The position numbers and the translations under genes were made by a program. From NCBI GenBank assembly GCA_965209055.1, contig OZ242374.1:3104001-3168000 (forward strand): 64,000 nucleotides of DNA, given 5' to 3'. The notes under the pieces are model-generated. The model was not told where the DNA came from. It saw nothing but the letters and a program-made list of their open reading frames with translations, and did not search any database. This stretch comes from Acidobacteriota bacterium (lineage in GTDB: Bacteria > Acidobacteriota > UBA6911 > RPQK01 > JAJDTT01). Below, piece by piece: positions 1-9,993 of the stretch (positions are counted from its first letter, which is position 1; each line of letters opens with the position of its first letter).

Positions 1-1
1 C

Positions 2-946
2 CAGCGCCGGTGTGTTCGGAACCGTCAGTCCCACACTGGCCCCGCCGTGGTTCACGGACGCACCCCGGATCACCGCCCAGATCCGATCGCCGTCGGCCTT
101 CGCCTCGCTCAGGCGTTTGAGGACCACGATCCCGCAGCCCTCACCCCGCACGTAACCGTCCGCCGAAGCATCGAAGGTCTTGCACTGGCCGGCAGGGGAC
201 AACATCATCGCTTCGGCTCGGAGTTCGTAAATGCGGCCGTTCAGGATGGCCTGCACACCGCCGGCAATGGCCAGATCCGCCTTGCCGTGCTGCAGATCCG
301 CCACCGCGTCATGTATTGCCACCAGAGCCGACGCGCAGGCGGCGTCCACGGCCTTTGCCGGCCCCCTGAGGCCCAGTACGAAGGAGACCCGGCCGGCGGC
401 ACCGTTCAGGTTCGTTCCGCTGAGGGCGTACAGGCATCCGGCAGCCTCGGAGGGTTTGGCCGATTCCACGACCAGCATGCGGTATTCGTCGTTGCTGATC
501 CCCGCGTAGACGCCGGTGCGGCTCCCTTTCAAACGGTGCGGATCGATCCCCGCGTCCTCGAGAGCCTGCCAGCTCACCTCCAGCATCATGCGCTGCTGTG
601 GGTCCAGCAGTTGAGCCTCCACCGGGGATATCCGGAAAAACGAGTCGTCGAACCGGTCGATGTCGTCCACGAAGGCGCCGAAACGGCAGCCTTCGCTCTG
701 CACCGCATCGTCGCCGAAGATCTGGCCCCAGCGCCCGACCCCCGAACCGGGGACCCCTTCGCTGACGGCATTCCCGCCGGCTTCAAGCAGGCGCCAGAAG
801 TCCGACAGGTTCGCCGCGCCGGGAAACCTGCATGCCATTCCCACGATGGCGATGGGCTCTCCGGAACTCATGCCCGTTCGGTTTTCCGCAGCATGTTCGT
901 CGAGTGGTCTTTCTGACGGTCCTGAATCGCCGTCATGTCCCATCAT
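2..946 (-). CDS. Type I polyketide synthase, N-terminal ketosynthase domain (runs off window start), SupA-like
   Basis: Manual translation of the minus strand from ATG 946 (GAGGGGA RBS upstream) gives EPIAIVGMACRFPGA, DPQQRMMLE, GPAKAVDAACASSLVA (active Cys) and DGYVRGEGCG. The listed + strand ORF 47..916 is its antisense shadow. Confidence 0.93.
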   Translation of the reverse strand, partial: MMGHDGDSGPSERPLDEHAAENRTGMSSGEPIAIVGMACRFPGAANLSDFWRLLEAGGNAVSEGVPGSGVGRWGQIFGDDAVQSEGCRFGAFVDDIDRFDDSFFRISPVEAQLLDPQQRMMLEVSWQALEDAGIDPHRLKGSRTGVYAGISNDEYRMLVVESAKPSEAAGCLYALSGTNLNGAAGRVSFVLGLRGPAKAVDAACASALVAIHDAVADLQHGKADLAIAGGVQAILNGRIYELRAEAMMLSPAGQCKTFDASADGYVRGEGCGIVVLKRLSEAKADGDRIWAVIRGASVNHGGASVGLTVPNTPAL

Positions 947-966
947 GTTCTCCCCTCTGGCGCAGA

Positions 967-1563
967 CTATGACTCTTCAGGCGGCGGCATGGCCACCTTG
1001 ACCTGGGCCGCCCTCAGGAGCTTGTCCCGGATGAGATAACCGGGCCGGTACTCCTCGAGCACGGTGCCTTCCTCATGGTCCCGGGTGAACTCCCGCAGCA
1101 CCGCCTCGTGGACCCTGGGGTCGAACTGGCTGCCGACTCCGGGAGCGGTCGTCACCTGGAACTTCTCCAACAAGGCCTTCATCTGCTCGGCGAACAGCCG
1201 GTAGCCCTCCAGGTACGGCGTGAAGGCAGGGTCCGGATCGGCCGCCGACAGGATCTCCAATCCCTTGGCACAGGCGTCCAGTATGGGAAGCAGCTCCAAC
1301 ACCAGGTCGGACTGTCCCTGAACCCGCGCTTCGAACCGGTTCTTCTCCGTCCGCTTGCGGTAGTTGTCGAACTCAGCCTGTTTCCGGAGCAGCAGATCGT
1401 AGTATTCGTCGCGTTGCCGGGCGAGGTCCTCGAGAGCCTCTTCGTAGACCGACTCGGCGGTCTCTTCCGAAGTGGAGTCCTCCGGCGGCAATTCCCGGTC
1501 TTCTTCGTCCCGGGTGTCTTCAATCTGATTCTGGATGTCTTCCGGTCGTTCCATGGTCATCAA
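967..1563 (-). CDS. grpE: Nucleotide exchange factor GrpE
   Basis: LRKQAEFDNYRKR, LLPILD, FDPRVHEAV and GYLIRDKLLRAAQVKVA motifs; directly downstream of hrcA. Confidence 0.96.
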   Translation of the reverse strand: MMTMERPEDIQNQIEDTRDEEDRELPPEDSTSEETAESVYEEALEDLARQRDEYYDLLLRKQAEFDNYRKRTEKNRFEARVQGQSDLVLELLPILDACAKGLEILSAADPDPAFTPYLEGYRLFAEQMKALLEKFQVTTAPGVGSQFDPRVHEAVLREFTRDHEEGTVLEEYRPGYLIRDKLLRAAQVKVAMPPPEES

Positions 1564-1698
1564 CTCTTCGTCGTCGTTAAGATGGCGCCGATCGTAACAG
1601 CCGAACGTTGCAATTCAGCGGTAATCGTATCCGGCTGGCTGCGGTTCGGAACCGGCCCTGCGGTTCAGGGCACAGGTTGGTGGTATGACGGAGGCGGC

Positions 1699-2766
1699 TC
1701 AGGCCCCGCTCAGGATCTGACCGAAGAGCCGGGCCACATAGCCGACCAAGCTGATCCCCCTGTCGTACTTCATCCGCCTGGGGCCGAGAATCCCCAAGCT
1801 GCCCGCCACACGTTCCCGGTAGAGATAGGGTGAGGAAATCATGGCCCATCCCCGCATCTCGGGGATATGGCGATCCAGATCCAGCGTCACACTCGGAGCG
1901 GGTTGGTCCGCATCAAGGCGCTCGGTGAGAACCTCGGCCAATCGGCTCTTTTTCTCCATGGTTCTGAACAGGCCGGCCGCCCGGTCCTGATCGTTCAACT
2001 CCGGTTGTCGAAGCAGCCGCGAGGTCCCGCCGAAATAGACTTGGGAATCACTCCCCGGGTTACGCCTCGACCTGACCAGACTGGCCGTCCCCAGGCGGAT
2101 GGCGTCGTTGCGGGGACGGCTGTCCTGCGCGGTACGGGACTCGAGCCTCCGCAGTTCGCGGCGGATCTGGGAAAGGGTCTGTCCCTCGAATTGGTCTTGG
2201 AGGCAGACGCCGGCGCGGTCCAGGTCCTCCTGGCTCAGGCGGCGGCCGGTCGCGATCAGACGGCTCTGAACCAACCCCGCTCGAGTCACGAGTATGGCCA
2301 AAATCCGGCGGGACGAGATCCTGACAAACTCGATCCGTTTCAGGACCGACACCGACTGAGGCGGGGCCATGACGAACCCCAGATTGTTGGAAAGCCGGGA
2401 AAGAATCTGGGACGTCTGGATCATGAGATCGCCGGGGTCCGTCTCCTGCTCCAGCATCTCCCGGATGCGGGCCACCTGGCGGTTGGGCAGGTCCGGAATC
2501 CGCTCCAAGCCATCGACATGGAACTGGATCGCTTTGCTCGTGGGGACCCTTCCCGCGGACGTGTGCGGTTGATTCAGGAATCCTGCCTGCTCCAGCCGGG
2601 CCATCAGGGCTCGAATGGTAGCGGGACTGATCCCCTCCTGATGGAGAGACGCCAACCTCTTGGAGCCGACCGGAAGGCCGGTTCGAATGTACTCGAGGAC
2701 CAGCAGCTGAAGCAGTTGGTGAGCGCGTTGAGTGAGTTCCGCGGAAGGCTTACTCTTCGTCATCAC
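1699..2766 (-). CDS. hrcA: Heat-inducible transcription repressor HrcA
   Basis: EYIRTGLPVGSK, SPATIR, QPHTSAGRVPT and GILGPRRMKY motifs. Confidence 0.96.
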   Translation of the reverse strand: MMTKSKPSAELTQRAHQLLQLLVLEYIRTGLPVGSKRLASLHQEGISPATIRALMARLEQAGFLNQPHTSAGRVPTSKAIQFHVDGLERIPDLPNRQVARIREMLEQETDPGDLMIQTSQILSRLSNNLGFVMAPPQSVSVLKRIEFVRISSRRILAILVTRAGLVQSRLIATGRRLSQEDLDRAGVCLQDQFEGQTLSQIRRELRRLESRTAQDSRPRNDAIRLGTASLVRSRRNPGSDSQVYFGGTSRLLRQPELNDQDRAAGLFRTMEKKSRLAEVLTERLDADQPAPSVTLDLDRHIPEMRGWAMISSPYLYRERVAGSLGILGPRRMKYDRGISLVGYVARLFGQILSGA

Positions 2767-2799
2767 GAGCCGGCAAATCTGTCGCGAATCGCCGGGATT

Positions 2800-3651
2800 T
2801 TATAGCACAACGGCTTGGCCGGAGGCAATGCCCAGAGACCACTCCCGGGAGTCGTCGATCGTCTCTTGGAAGCGGATGCCGAACACCTTCTGAAAGCCCC
2901 GAATCAGCGCCTGGGACAGATCGTCGAAGGAGACCGGACGGCCGGCGGCTTCCGACACGCCGATGGTCTTCGACCTGAGAAACTCCGCGTCGACTCCCAG
3001 GGCGGCGGCCATGAGATCGTAGTGAATCACCAAGGGAATCGAACCATGCTGCAGAAAGCTGCGCTTCGTCTTCTTCTGGGCGCTCCCCACCATCTTTCTG
3101 GCGCCATGGACGAGCTCATGCCGTGAAGGGGCCACGAAACAGGGCTTCTGGGCCCGTGACAAGGCCCTGTCCAGGAGCGTGTCTCCCGGCGCCGCGGCGG
3201 GGCGAATTCCCAGCCGGGACAACCCGGTTCGCAAGGCCGACGAAATCCTGCCGTGGATCCTCCGGACGCTCTGCAGCGGAAAATGACGTCTGTCGTTGGA
3301 GGTCACCATGTAGGTGAGTTCGTCGTGGTGGAACACGGCGCGGCCGCCGGTGGGACGACGGACCCAGGGGATGCCGTGGGCTTGGCAATAATCCCTGGCG
3401 AAGGCCAGCTCGGGTGTCTGATGACAACCCAGCGAGACGGTCGGTTCCCTCCAGCCGTAGAAACGGACCAGTGTCACGGGGCGGCGGCTGCGCTCCGTGA
3501 AGTGCTGCAGGCGCCGGTCGATCCGCATGTTGGAAGCGCCGTCCAGTGACGGACTCACCACGCAGAACCAATCTTGGGAGGCCACGATGTCAGTCGGAGT
3601 CAATGGGACGAGCCCTTGGCCGGGCCGCAGGCCGGTCCGGGGAGGATCCAA
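2800..3651 (-). CDS. Lipoate-protein ligase A / LipM-like octanoyltransferase family protein
   Basis: NMRID, VSLGCHQ, VRRPTGGRAVFH, KMVGSAQ and LQHGSI motifs; start codon uncertain. Confidence 0.9.
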   Translation of the reverse strand: MDPPRTGLRPGQGLVPLTPTDIVASQDWFCVVSPSLDGASNMRIDRRLQHFTERSRRPVTLVRFYGWREPTVSLGCHQTPELAFARDYCQAHGIPWVRRPTGGRAVFHHDELTYMVTSNDRRHFPLQSVRRIHGRISSALRTGLSRLGIRPAAAPGDTLLDRALSRAQKPCFVAPSRHELVHGARKMVGSAQKKTKRSFLQHGSIPLVIHYDLMAAALGVDAEFLRSKTIGVSEAAGRPVSFDDLSQALIRGFQKVFGIRFQETIDDSREWSLGIASGQAVVL

Positions 3652-3699
3652 CGGCGGGTGGATCCTCCCCGGATGGCCGCGCGGGGATGGAGGCCGTCC

Positions 3700-5331
3700 T
3701 CAGGGTTTGCGAAACGAGACGTAACGCACGGATGGTTTTCGGTTCTGATTGATGCTGATGACACGGAGGATGATGGCTTCGTCGGACCCGATTTCGTCGA
3801 TGGTCTCCTTGAACTCCCGATCGGTCTGCACCGCTTCTCCGTTCACGTGGGTGATGATGTCGAAACGCCTCAGGCCTGCCTCGTCACCGAGACTGCCGGG
3901 CCAGATTTCGGTGATGAAGACTCCACCCTCCTCGTCCAGGCCCAGTTGGTCGGAATCACGGGGATTCAACGTCCGCCACCGCAGTCCGATCTCTTTGCGC
4001 CGTTTTTCCTGGTCCTCCTCCTCTTCGAAGGAAAGTCCTCCGGCCTCCGACCGTTCCTGAGCCTCCATGGTGCGTTCCGCCAGCATCACCGTGAAGTTCT
4101 TCACTTCACCCCGGCGAACCACGACCACGGGAAGCGCGTCGCCGGGGGGAGTGTTGGCCACGGTCACACGCAGGTCGAAGTTGTTTTCCACCTCCTGGTC
4201 TCCCAGCCTCACGATGATGTCCTCTTCCCGGATACCTGCGTCGTATGCCGGTCCGGTCTGGTTCGGCTCGCCTCTCTCATCCACCAATTGCGTGACCAGC
4301 ACGCCGTCACCGTCCTTGATTCCCTCCGGATCCTCGCCGGACACTCCGAAATATTCGGCCATCTCCGGGTTCAAGGGCCGGTCGTTCATGGAGATCCCCA
4401 TCCAGCCCCGTTCGATCTTCCCCTTGCTCACGAGCTGGTTGTAGGAGTTGACGAAGACTGTGGACGGGATGGCGAACCCGACCCCCTGCGATCCGCGGGA
4501 ACCGGAGACGATGAGCGTGTTGATTCCCACCACCTCACCCGACATGTTCACCAGCGGGCCGCCGCTGTTGCCCGGATTGATGGCGGCGTCAGTCTGAATG
4601 AAGTCCCCGAACGCCGTTGCCATGACCGGACCGCCGATGACTCGCGCCGTCGCCGAGACGATCCCCGCGGTGATGGTCTTGCCCACGCCGAAAGGATTGC
4701 CGATGGCCAGCACCCACTCGCCGATCCGAAGGTCGGTGGCATCGCCTACCGGGACGAAGGGCAGAGGTTCCGGAGCCTCGATCTTGATCACCGCAAGGTC
4801 CGACTCGTGATCGACGCCCACGACCACGGCAGTGTGGGTCTCCCCCGTATGGAGGGTCACGGAGATCTTGTCGGCCACCCGCCGCCCACCTGTCTCCTGG
4901 ACCGGCGCGATCACATGGTGGTTGGAGAGGATGTATCCCTGGTTGTCGACGATCACCCCCGAGCCCAGGCTGGTCCGCCGGGCCGGTCCCCGGGGCATGC
5001 GGTTCCAGAACTCGTCTCCGAAGAATTCCCGCAACTCCCTCTGGCGCCGCTCCATGTTGACGATGGAGGTGGTGTTGATGTTGACGACCGCCGCCTCCAC
5101 CGACTCGGCCACCCGGGTGAAACCTTCCGTCAAACTGCCGGCGTTGGCCGCGGCAAGCGGTTTTCCCCGTCCCTCAGGAGTCTTCAGCCGGGACTGCGGC
5201 TCTTTCTCCGTGCTGGAGACACCGTCCAGAACGAGCACGGTTCCGATGGCGATGCCCACGACCAAAGCGGCCAGGACGGCGAGAAATCCGACACCGGTCC
5301 GGTATCGAAAAAGGGTGTATCGCAAGGTCAT
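3700..5331 (-). CDS. HtrA/DegP (Do) family serine protease with two PDZ domains
   Basis: N-terminal TM segment, SLGSGVIV, SNHHV, DLAVIK and QTDAAINPGNSGGPL, followed by two PDZ-like regions. Confidence 0.95.
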   Translation of the reverse strand: MTLRYTLFRYRTGVGFLAVLAALVVGIAIGTVLVLDGVSSTEKEPQSRLKTPEGRGKPLAAANAGSLTEGFTRVAESVEAAVVNINTTSIVNMERRQRELREFFGDEFWNRMPRGPARRTSLGSGVIVDNQGYILSNHHVIAPVQETGGRRVADKISVTLHTGETHTAVVVGVDHESDLAVIKIEAPEPLPFVPVGDATDLRIGEWVLAIGNPFGVGKTITAGIVSATARVIGGPVMATAFGDFIQTDAAINPGNSGGPLVNMSGEVVGINTLIVSGSRGSQGVGFAIPSTVFVNSYNQLVSKGKIERGWMGISMNDRPLNPEMAEYFGVSGEDPEGIKDGDGVLVTQLVDERGEPNQTGPAYDAGIREEDIIVRLGDQEVENNFDLRVTVANTPPGDALPVVVVRRGEVKNFTVMLAERTMEAQERSEAGGLSFEEEEDQEKRRKEIGLRWRTLNPRDSDQLGLDEEGGVFITEIWPGSLGDEAGLRRFDIITHVNGEAVQTDREFKETIDEIGSDEAIILRVISINQNRKPSVRYVSFRKP

Positions 5332-5446
5332 GCTTCTATTCCTCCGCTCGAATTCGAATCGCGATCGACTGTCTCTTCTTTCGTAAGGTTATACGCTGGC
5401 TCTCCGGCCGGGGTTCACATTCTGACGGCGATACTCCCGCCCCCGG

Positions 5447-7618
5447 TCAGACCAGCCTGACCCTCGCATATCTCTGGTAGAACTTCTTGATGCCCCGCCC
5501 TGAGAACGAGACGGTCAGCTTGAGATCGTTTCCGGCTGGCTGAACCTGCAAGACGATTCCGCGCCCGTAGTCGCGATGCTCGACTCTGGCGCCCGGTGTA
5601 AGGCTCCGGCTCATGGAACTGCCGTCCGTCCCTTCCGGTCCGGGACTCGGGGCCCCGGATCGTCCCGGAGAGCGACCGGCGCCCCAAAGCTGGGCCTGTG
5701 ACCATTCGGGTCCGGAGTATCGCACCAGGCGGCGGGGAATTTCCGACAGGAAGCTGCTCGCCTGGCGGCGTTCCTCCAGGTCTCCCCCCCACATCCTCCG
5801 GGTGCGGGCGAGGGTGAGGATCAGGCGCTTCCGGGCCCGGGTCATGCCCACGTAGCACAGCCGCCGTTCTTCCTCCACATTCCCCTCCGCCAGCGATCGG
5901 GTGTGGGGCAGCAGCTTTTCTTCCAGTCCTACCAGGAAGACGATGGGAAACTCCAATCCCTTGGCGTTGTGGAGCGTCATCAGCGTGACCGGGGCCGCCT
6001 CGTCGTAATCGTCCGCTTCCGACCGGAGCGCGGTCTCGTCCAGGAACTCCTGGAGGCTCCGGCCGGAATCCACATGGTCGCGAGCGACGCTCAGGAGTTC
6101 CTGCAGGTTCATCAGCCGGTTGTTGGCCTCTTCCGAATCTTCTCGTTCCAGTTTCCGGACGTATCCGCTGGAATGCAGGATCTGTTCCAAGATGCTGTGC
6201 AGTGGCTGCTCCAGGTCGATCCACCGCTGCCATTGGCCCACGAGAGCGACGAAACGTTCCAGGACGTTTCGCAATCTGCGGGGCGCATCCTCCTGTTCGG
6301 CCTCCCGGCAAACGGCGTCCCAGAGCGAGTCGCCGCTTCGCGCCGCTCCCAGGCGGAGGCGGGCCAGGCTCTGTGCGCCGATGCCTCTCGGAGGAGTGTT
6401 GATGATCCGCTCCAGCGCCAGGTTGTCCCTGGGATTGCGGGCGACCCTCAGGTAGGCGAGGGCGTCCCGGACCTCCTTCCGCTTGTAGAAGCTCACACCT
6501 CCTACCAGACGGAATGGGAGGCCGAAGCGGTTCAAAGTATCCTCGAACTGCCGGGACAGAAAATTGATGCGATACAGGACGGCGATCCCCGTCTCTCCCT
6601 GTTGAAGGTAGCGTTCGATCCTCCGGCACACGAACAGCGATTCCGCGTGAGAGCTGTCCGCCGAATGGACCTCGACCGGCTCTCCGCGGGGATTCTCCGT
6701 CCAGAGCCGTTTCGGCTTTCTCTCCGAGTTGTGAGAGACCACCGCCGTGGCGGCGTCCAGGATGCTCTGGCGGGAACGGTAGTTCTGTTCCAGCTTGACC
6801 ACGACCGCTCCGGGAAAGTCCTCCTCGAAGCTGAGAATGTTGCCGATGTCGGCTCCCCGAAAGGCGTAGATGGACTGGTCCTCGTCACCCACGGCAGTCA
6901 CGTTCCGGTGGGTCGAGGCCAGATGGCGCACCAGGGCGTATTGGCTGGCGTTGGTGTCCTGGTATTCGTCGATGAGGAGATACCGGTACCGGTTCGACCA
7001 GGCCTCCCGGATTTCGGGCTGTTCCCGGAAGAGTCTGTCGGCAAGCAGAATCAGGTCGTCGAAGTCCATGGCGTTGGACTTCTCCAGATGCTCCTGATAG
7101 TGCGCCATCACCGGCTCCAGTCCCTCGCGGCCGTAGGGATCATCGTCGAAACGGAAATCGTAGACTCGCCTCCGGCTCCGGTTTTTCCTCTTGCTGATGA
7201 GGCTTCGGATCCTGCGCACCGGCGAACTGATGCCCGCGTCGGCGCAGATCTTCTTGAGAATGGCGTTCTGATCGTCCGTGTCGCAGATGGCGAAGTCCCG
7301 GCCGTAGCCCAGGTGTTCGGCGTGCCGGCGCAGAACCCGGACGCAGAAGGAATGAAAGGTTGAAAGCCTCGGGACCCGGTCCGGTCCCTGCAGCAGGCCT
7401 TCCACCCGAAGACGCATTTCCTCGGCCGCCTTGTTGGTGAAGGTGACCCCCAGGATCTCCCAGGGACGGCATATCCCCTGGTGGATCAGGTGGGCGATCT
7501 TGCAGGTGATGACCCGCGTCTTTCCGCTTCCGGCGCCGGCCACCACGAGCATGGGACCATCGGTCGTGGTGACGGCCAGCTTCTGCCGGTCGTTCAGACT
7601 TTGGAGATAGTCGTCCAT
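5447..7618 (-). CDS. UvrD/PcrA ATP-dependent DNA helicase
   Basis: AGAGSGKT, TFTNKAA, DEYQDTN, GDEDQSIYAFRGA, LEQNYRS, KGLEF and EERRLCYVGMTRA, plus a C-terminal Tudor-like domain. Start taken at MDDYLQSLN. Confidence 0.96.
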   Translation of the reverse strand: MDDYLQSLNDRQKLAVTTTDGPMLVVAGAGSGKTRVITCKIAHLIHQGICRPWEILGVTFTNKAAEEMRLRVEGLLQGPDRVPRLSTFHSFCVRVLRRHAEHLGYGRDFAICDTDDQNAILKKICADAGISSPVRRIRSLISKRKNRSRRRVYDFRFDDDPYGREGLEPVMAHYQEHLEKSNAMDFDDLILLADRLFREQPEIREAWSNRYRYLLIDEYQDTNASQYALVRHLASTHRNVTAVGDEDQSIYAFRGADIGNILSFEEDFPGAVVVKLEQNYRSRQSILDAATAVVSHNSERKPKRLWTENPRGEPVEVHSADSSHAESLFVCRRIERYLQQGETGIAVLYRINFLSRQFEDTLNRFGLPFRLVGGVSFYKRKEVRDALAYLRVARNPRDNLALERIINTPPRGIGAQSLARLRLGAARSGDSLWDAVCREAEQEDAPRRLRNVLERFVALVGQWQRWIDLEQPLHSILEQILHSSGYVRKLEREDSEEANNRLMNLQELLSVARDHVDSGRSLQEFLDETALRSEADDYDEAAPVTLMTLHNAKGLEFPIVFLVGLEEKLLPHTRSLAEGNVEEERRLCYVGMTRARKRLILTLARTRRMWGGDLEERRQASSFLSEIPRRLVRYSGPEWSQAQLWGAGRSPGRSGAPSPGPEGTDGSSMSRSLTPGARVEHRDYGRGIVLQVQPAGNDLKLTVSFSGRGIKKFYQRYARVRLV

Positions 7619-7749
7619 GGAACGCGGGTTCTCCGTCGCCGTGGCCGCGGGCAGGGCCGGCCCACGACGATCAGAATGAAGAAAGGGCCGGGAAAGCGTC
7701 GTGCTGTCCCGGCCCTTGTGATGAATCTGCTTTTGGCAGTCCGGAAGGC

Positions 7750-8748
7750 TCAGGTGACCCGCTCGACGAACTCTTCGATTCCGGCGAGGGAGTCGTTGTG
7801 GGTGGACTTGTAGAGCTGCTCCAGGTGCTTGCGGCAATGCTTGGCATGAGGCGCGCCCCGTTGAACGGAGCCGCGGGCGAAAGCCGTCATGGCGTCATCG
7901 ATCCGGTTCTGCTGCCATCGTCCCATGCCGATGTAGAAGTAGGCTTCTCCCCGGAGCCCCCGCGAGGAGGTGGCGCGCAGAGCGCGGCTGTAACTGGAGA
8001 TGGCGCCTCCCCAGTTTCTGGACTCGGCGGCGTTGCGGCCCACCGCGCCGTGGGCAATGGCCGTCTGCGCCTTGACGTACTTGTCCCATTCCGCCTGGGA
8101 GGTGCCCTGCGGTTTCTTGAGCTGGGAGAAGGCCCTGATGGTCTTCCGGCCATATTCGGAAGCCTTTTGCCACTGCTTCTTGGTCACGTAGATATTGGTC
8201 AGCTCGGCCACGATCTGGTAGGTCTCCGCGGGCTTGAGCCCACCGACCGCCTTCTCGCCGTATGAGATGTACTTGGCCTCGTTCTTGGGCCCGTAGGAAA
8301 GGGCCAGGATGTAAGCAAGTCCGGCGGACGGCATCTTGGCGTAGAACTTCTCGCCGTATTGGGCCGCCTTCGGGAGCTGCCGGCTCTGGAATGCGGCGTA
8401 GGTGACCATCTGCAGGGCGTTGGGTTCGTTCGGGTTCAGGGCCAGGAGCTTCTCACCGGCCGAGACCACCTTCCGGTGGTTACCCTGTTTCTGGTACGCC
8501 TGAAGCAACTTCACGTAGTTGCCCAAGCCATACTCGGTGAGCTTCGAATCGGGATTGGCCTTCATGAACCCGATGATGGCGTCCTCGCGCTTACCGAGGT
8601 TCGGTTCGTCGATGGCCGCCTTGTAGACCTGATACTCCTGGATGCTGTAGGGCGTCTGCTGTTGTCCCACCACGGGGCTCAAGACCAGGGCCGTCATGGC
8701 CAAAGCCAATCCGACTGCCAGACCCTTTCGGCGCGCTTTGAATGTCAT
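7750..8748 (-). CDS. Exported TPR-like helical repeat protein
   Basis: Signal-peptide-like GLAVGLALAMTALVLSP followed by TPR-like repeats (EAYFYIGMGRWQQNRIDDAMTAF); start uncertain. Confidence 0.7.
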   Translation of the reverse strand: MTFKARRKGLAVGLALAMTALVLSPVVGQQQTPYSIQEYQVYKAAIDEPNLGKREDAIIGFMKANPDSKLTEYGLGNYVKLLQAYQKQGNHRKVVSAGEKLLALNPNEPNALQMVTYAAFQSRQLPKAAQYGEKFYAKMPSAGLAYILALSYGPKNEAKYISYGEKAVGGLKPAETYQIVAELTNIYVTKKQWQKASEYGRKTIRAFSQLKKPQGTSQAEWDKYVKAQTAIAHGAVGRNAAESRNWGGAISSYSRALRATSSRGLRGEAYFYIGMGRWQQNRIDDAMTAFARGSVQRGAPHAKHCRKHLEQLYKSTHNDSLAGIEEFVERVT

Positions 8749-8916
8749 CAATTGCTGTACCCTCCTCATGCAGTGTAATAAGGTTGAGGTTCGAAGCAAG
8801 TGGGAGCGACACTACCACAAGCCGCGTCCCGCGTGCAATATCCCTTCGAGCCGTCGAAGCGGCCTTCCAGGCAACCATCGCCGGCGGTTCGGTCACTCCC
8901 AAGGAAGAGTCGCGTC

Positions 8917-9906
8917 ATGAGTTTCCCGGAACCGCCTCCCGCCCTGGAAAACGTGGATCTGGCCCGTATCGACGGCTCGGACGAGACGCTGGCCATCACA
9001 CCCAATTGGTTTCCCATGCGCCGATTGGCTGCGTCCATCCGGAGCGTGGGCGTGGTCACGCCCTTGCACCTGCAGCCGGCGCCGGGCGGCGATCTGAGAA
9101 TCGCCATGGGGTTTAGCCGCTACCGCGCGGCGCGGGCTTCGGGCGTGCGCGCGGTGCCGGCGTTGGTCCGGACCCGGGCCTCCGACCGGAAACTCTTCGA
9201 CTGCGCGCTGGCCGAGAAAGCCGCCGGCCCGCTTCACGATCTGGAGCGGGCGCGGGCTCTGGTCAAGCTCAGGGAGCAGTTCGGGGTCGAAGAGGAATCC
9301 CTCATCGACCGGTACCTGCCGCTCCTGAACGCGCCGCCCAGCCGCTACCGCCTCCGTTTCCTCCTCCGCCTCGGACGCCTCGACGAAGTGTTGCAGCGCG
9401 CCGTTCACCGGGTCCTGGACCCGGAAACGGCCTTCCGGCTGGCGGCTTGGACGGTTGCGGAGCGGGAGCTGTTTCTGGGACTCCTGACGCGGTATGAACC
9501 GGGCCGAAACCGGCAGCGGGAACTGTTCGACCTGCTGGACGACCTCAGGTCTGCCGAGCGCCGGCGCGGGTCCGAAGGGCTGGACCGGGTCTGGAAGTCG
9601 TCGGGCGCCGGAGAGGCGGATGAGGACGCCGGGACGGTCCGTCCTCTTCGGTTTCGCCGGATCCTGGATTGCCTCCATCGGCTGCGCCGGCCCCGCCTGT
9701 CCCGGCATCAGGATCGCTACCGCCGGCTGAAGGGTGATCTCAAGATCCCCCCCCAGATCCGGTTGCAGGTTCCCCCCTACTTCGAGGGGGATCAGCTCTC
9801 GTTCTCTTTCTCCTGCCGCAATCAGGCCGAGTTTCGCCATCTGGTGGGCAGGCTCGAGGAGATGGGCAACCGTCGGGAGCTGGGACGGATCTTCGAACTC
9901 TTGTGA
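8917..9906 (+). CDS. ParB/Srx N-terminal-domain protein
   Basis: LAASIRSVGVVTPL...IAMGFSRYRAA resembles ParB boxes I/II (degenerate GxRR), followed by an HTH-like LERARAL region. Confidence 0.7.
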   Translation: MSFPEPPPALENVDLARIDGSDETLAITPNWFPMRRLAASIRSVGVVTPLHLQPAPGGDLRIAMGFSRYRAARASGVRAVPALVRTRASDRKLFDCALAEKAAGPLHDLERARALVKLREQFGVEEESLIDRYLPLLNAPPSRYRLRFLLRLGRLDEVLQRAVHRVLDPETAFRLAAWTVAERELFLGLLTRYEPGRNRQRELFDLLDDLRSAERRRGSEGLDRVWKSSGAGEADEDAGTVRPLRFRRILDCLHRLRRPRLSRHQDRYRRLKGDLKIPPQIRLQVPPYFEGDQLSFSFSCRNQAEFRHLVGRLEEMGNRRELGRIFELL

Positions 9907-9993
9907 CGGTCCATGACGGTCCGTGCGCGGGATTGATAAGCTTTTAGTCCGTCCCCCGTCCTGCGGTGGAAGGGGCGAGCGGAGGCCGACGCC

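Noticed and set aside
1564-2800. CIRCE operator near hrcA/grpE
   Set aside because: No TTAGCACTC-N9-GAGTGCTAA match found by eye.
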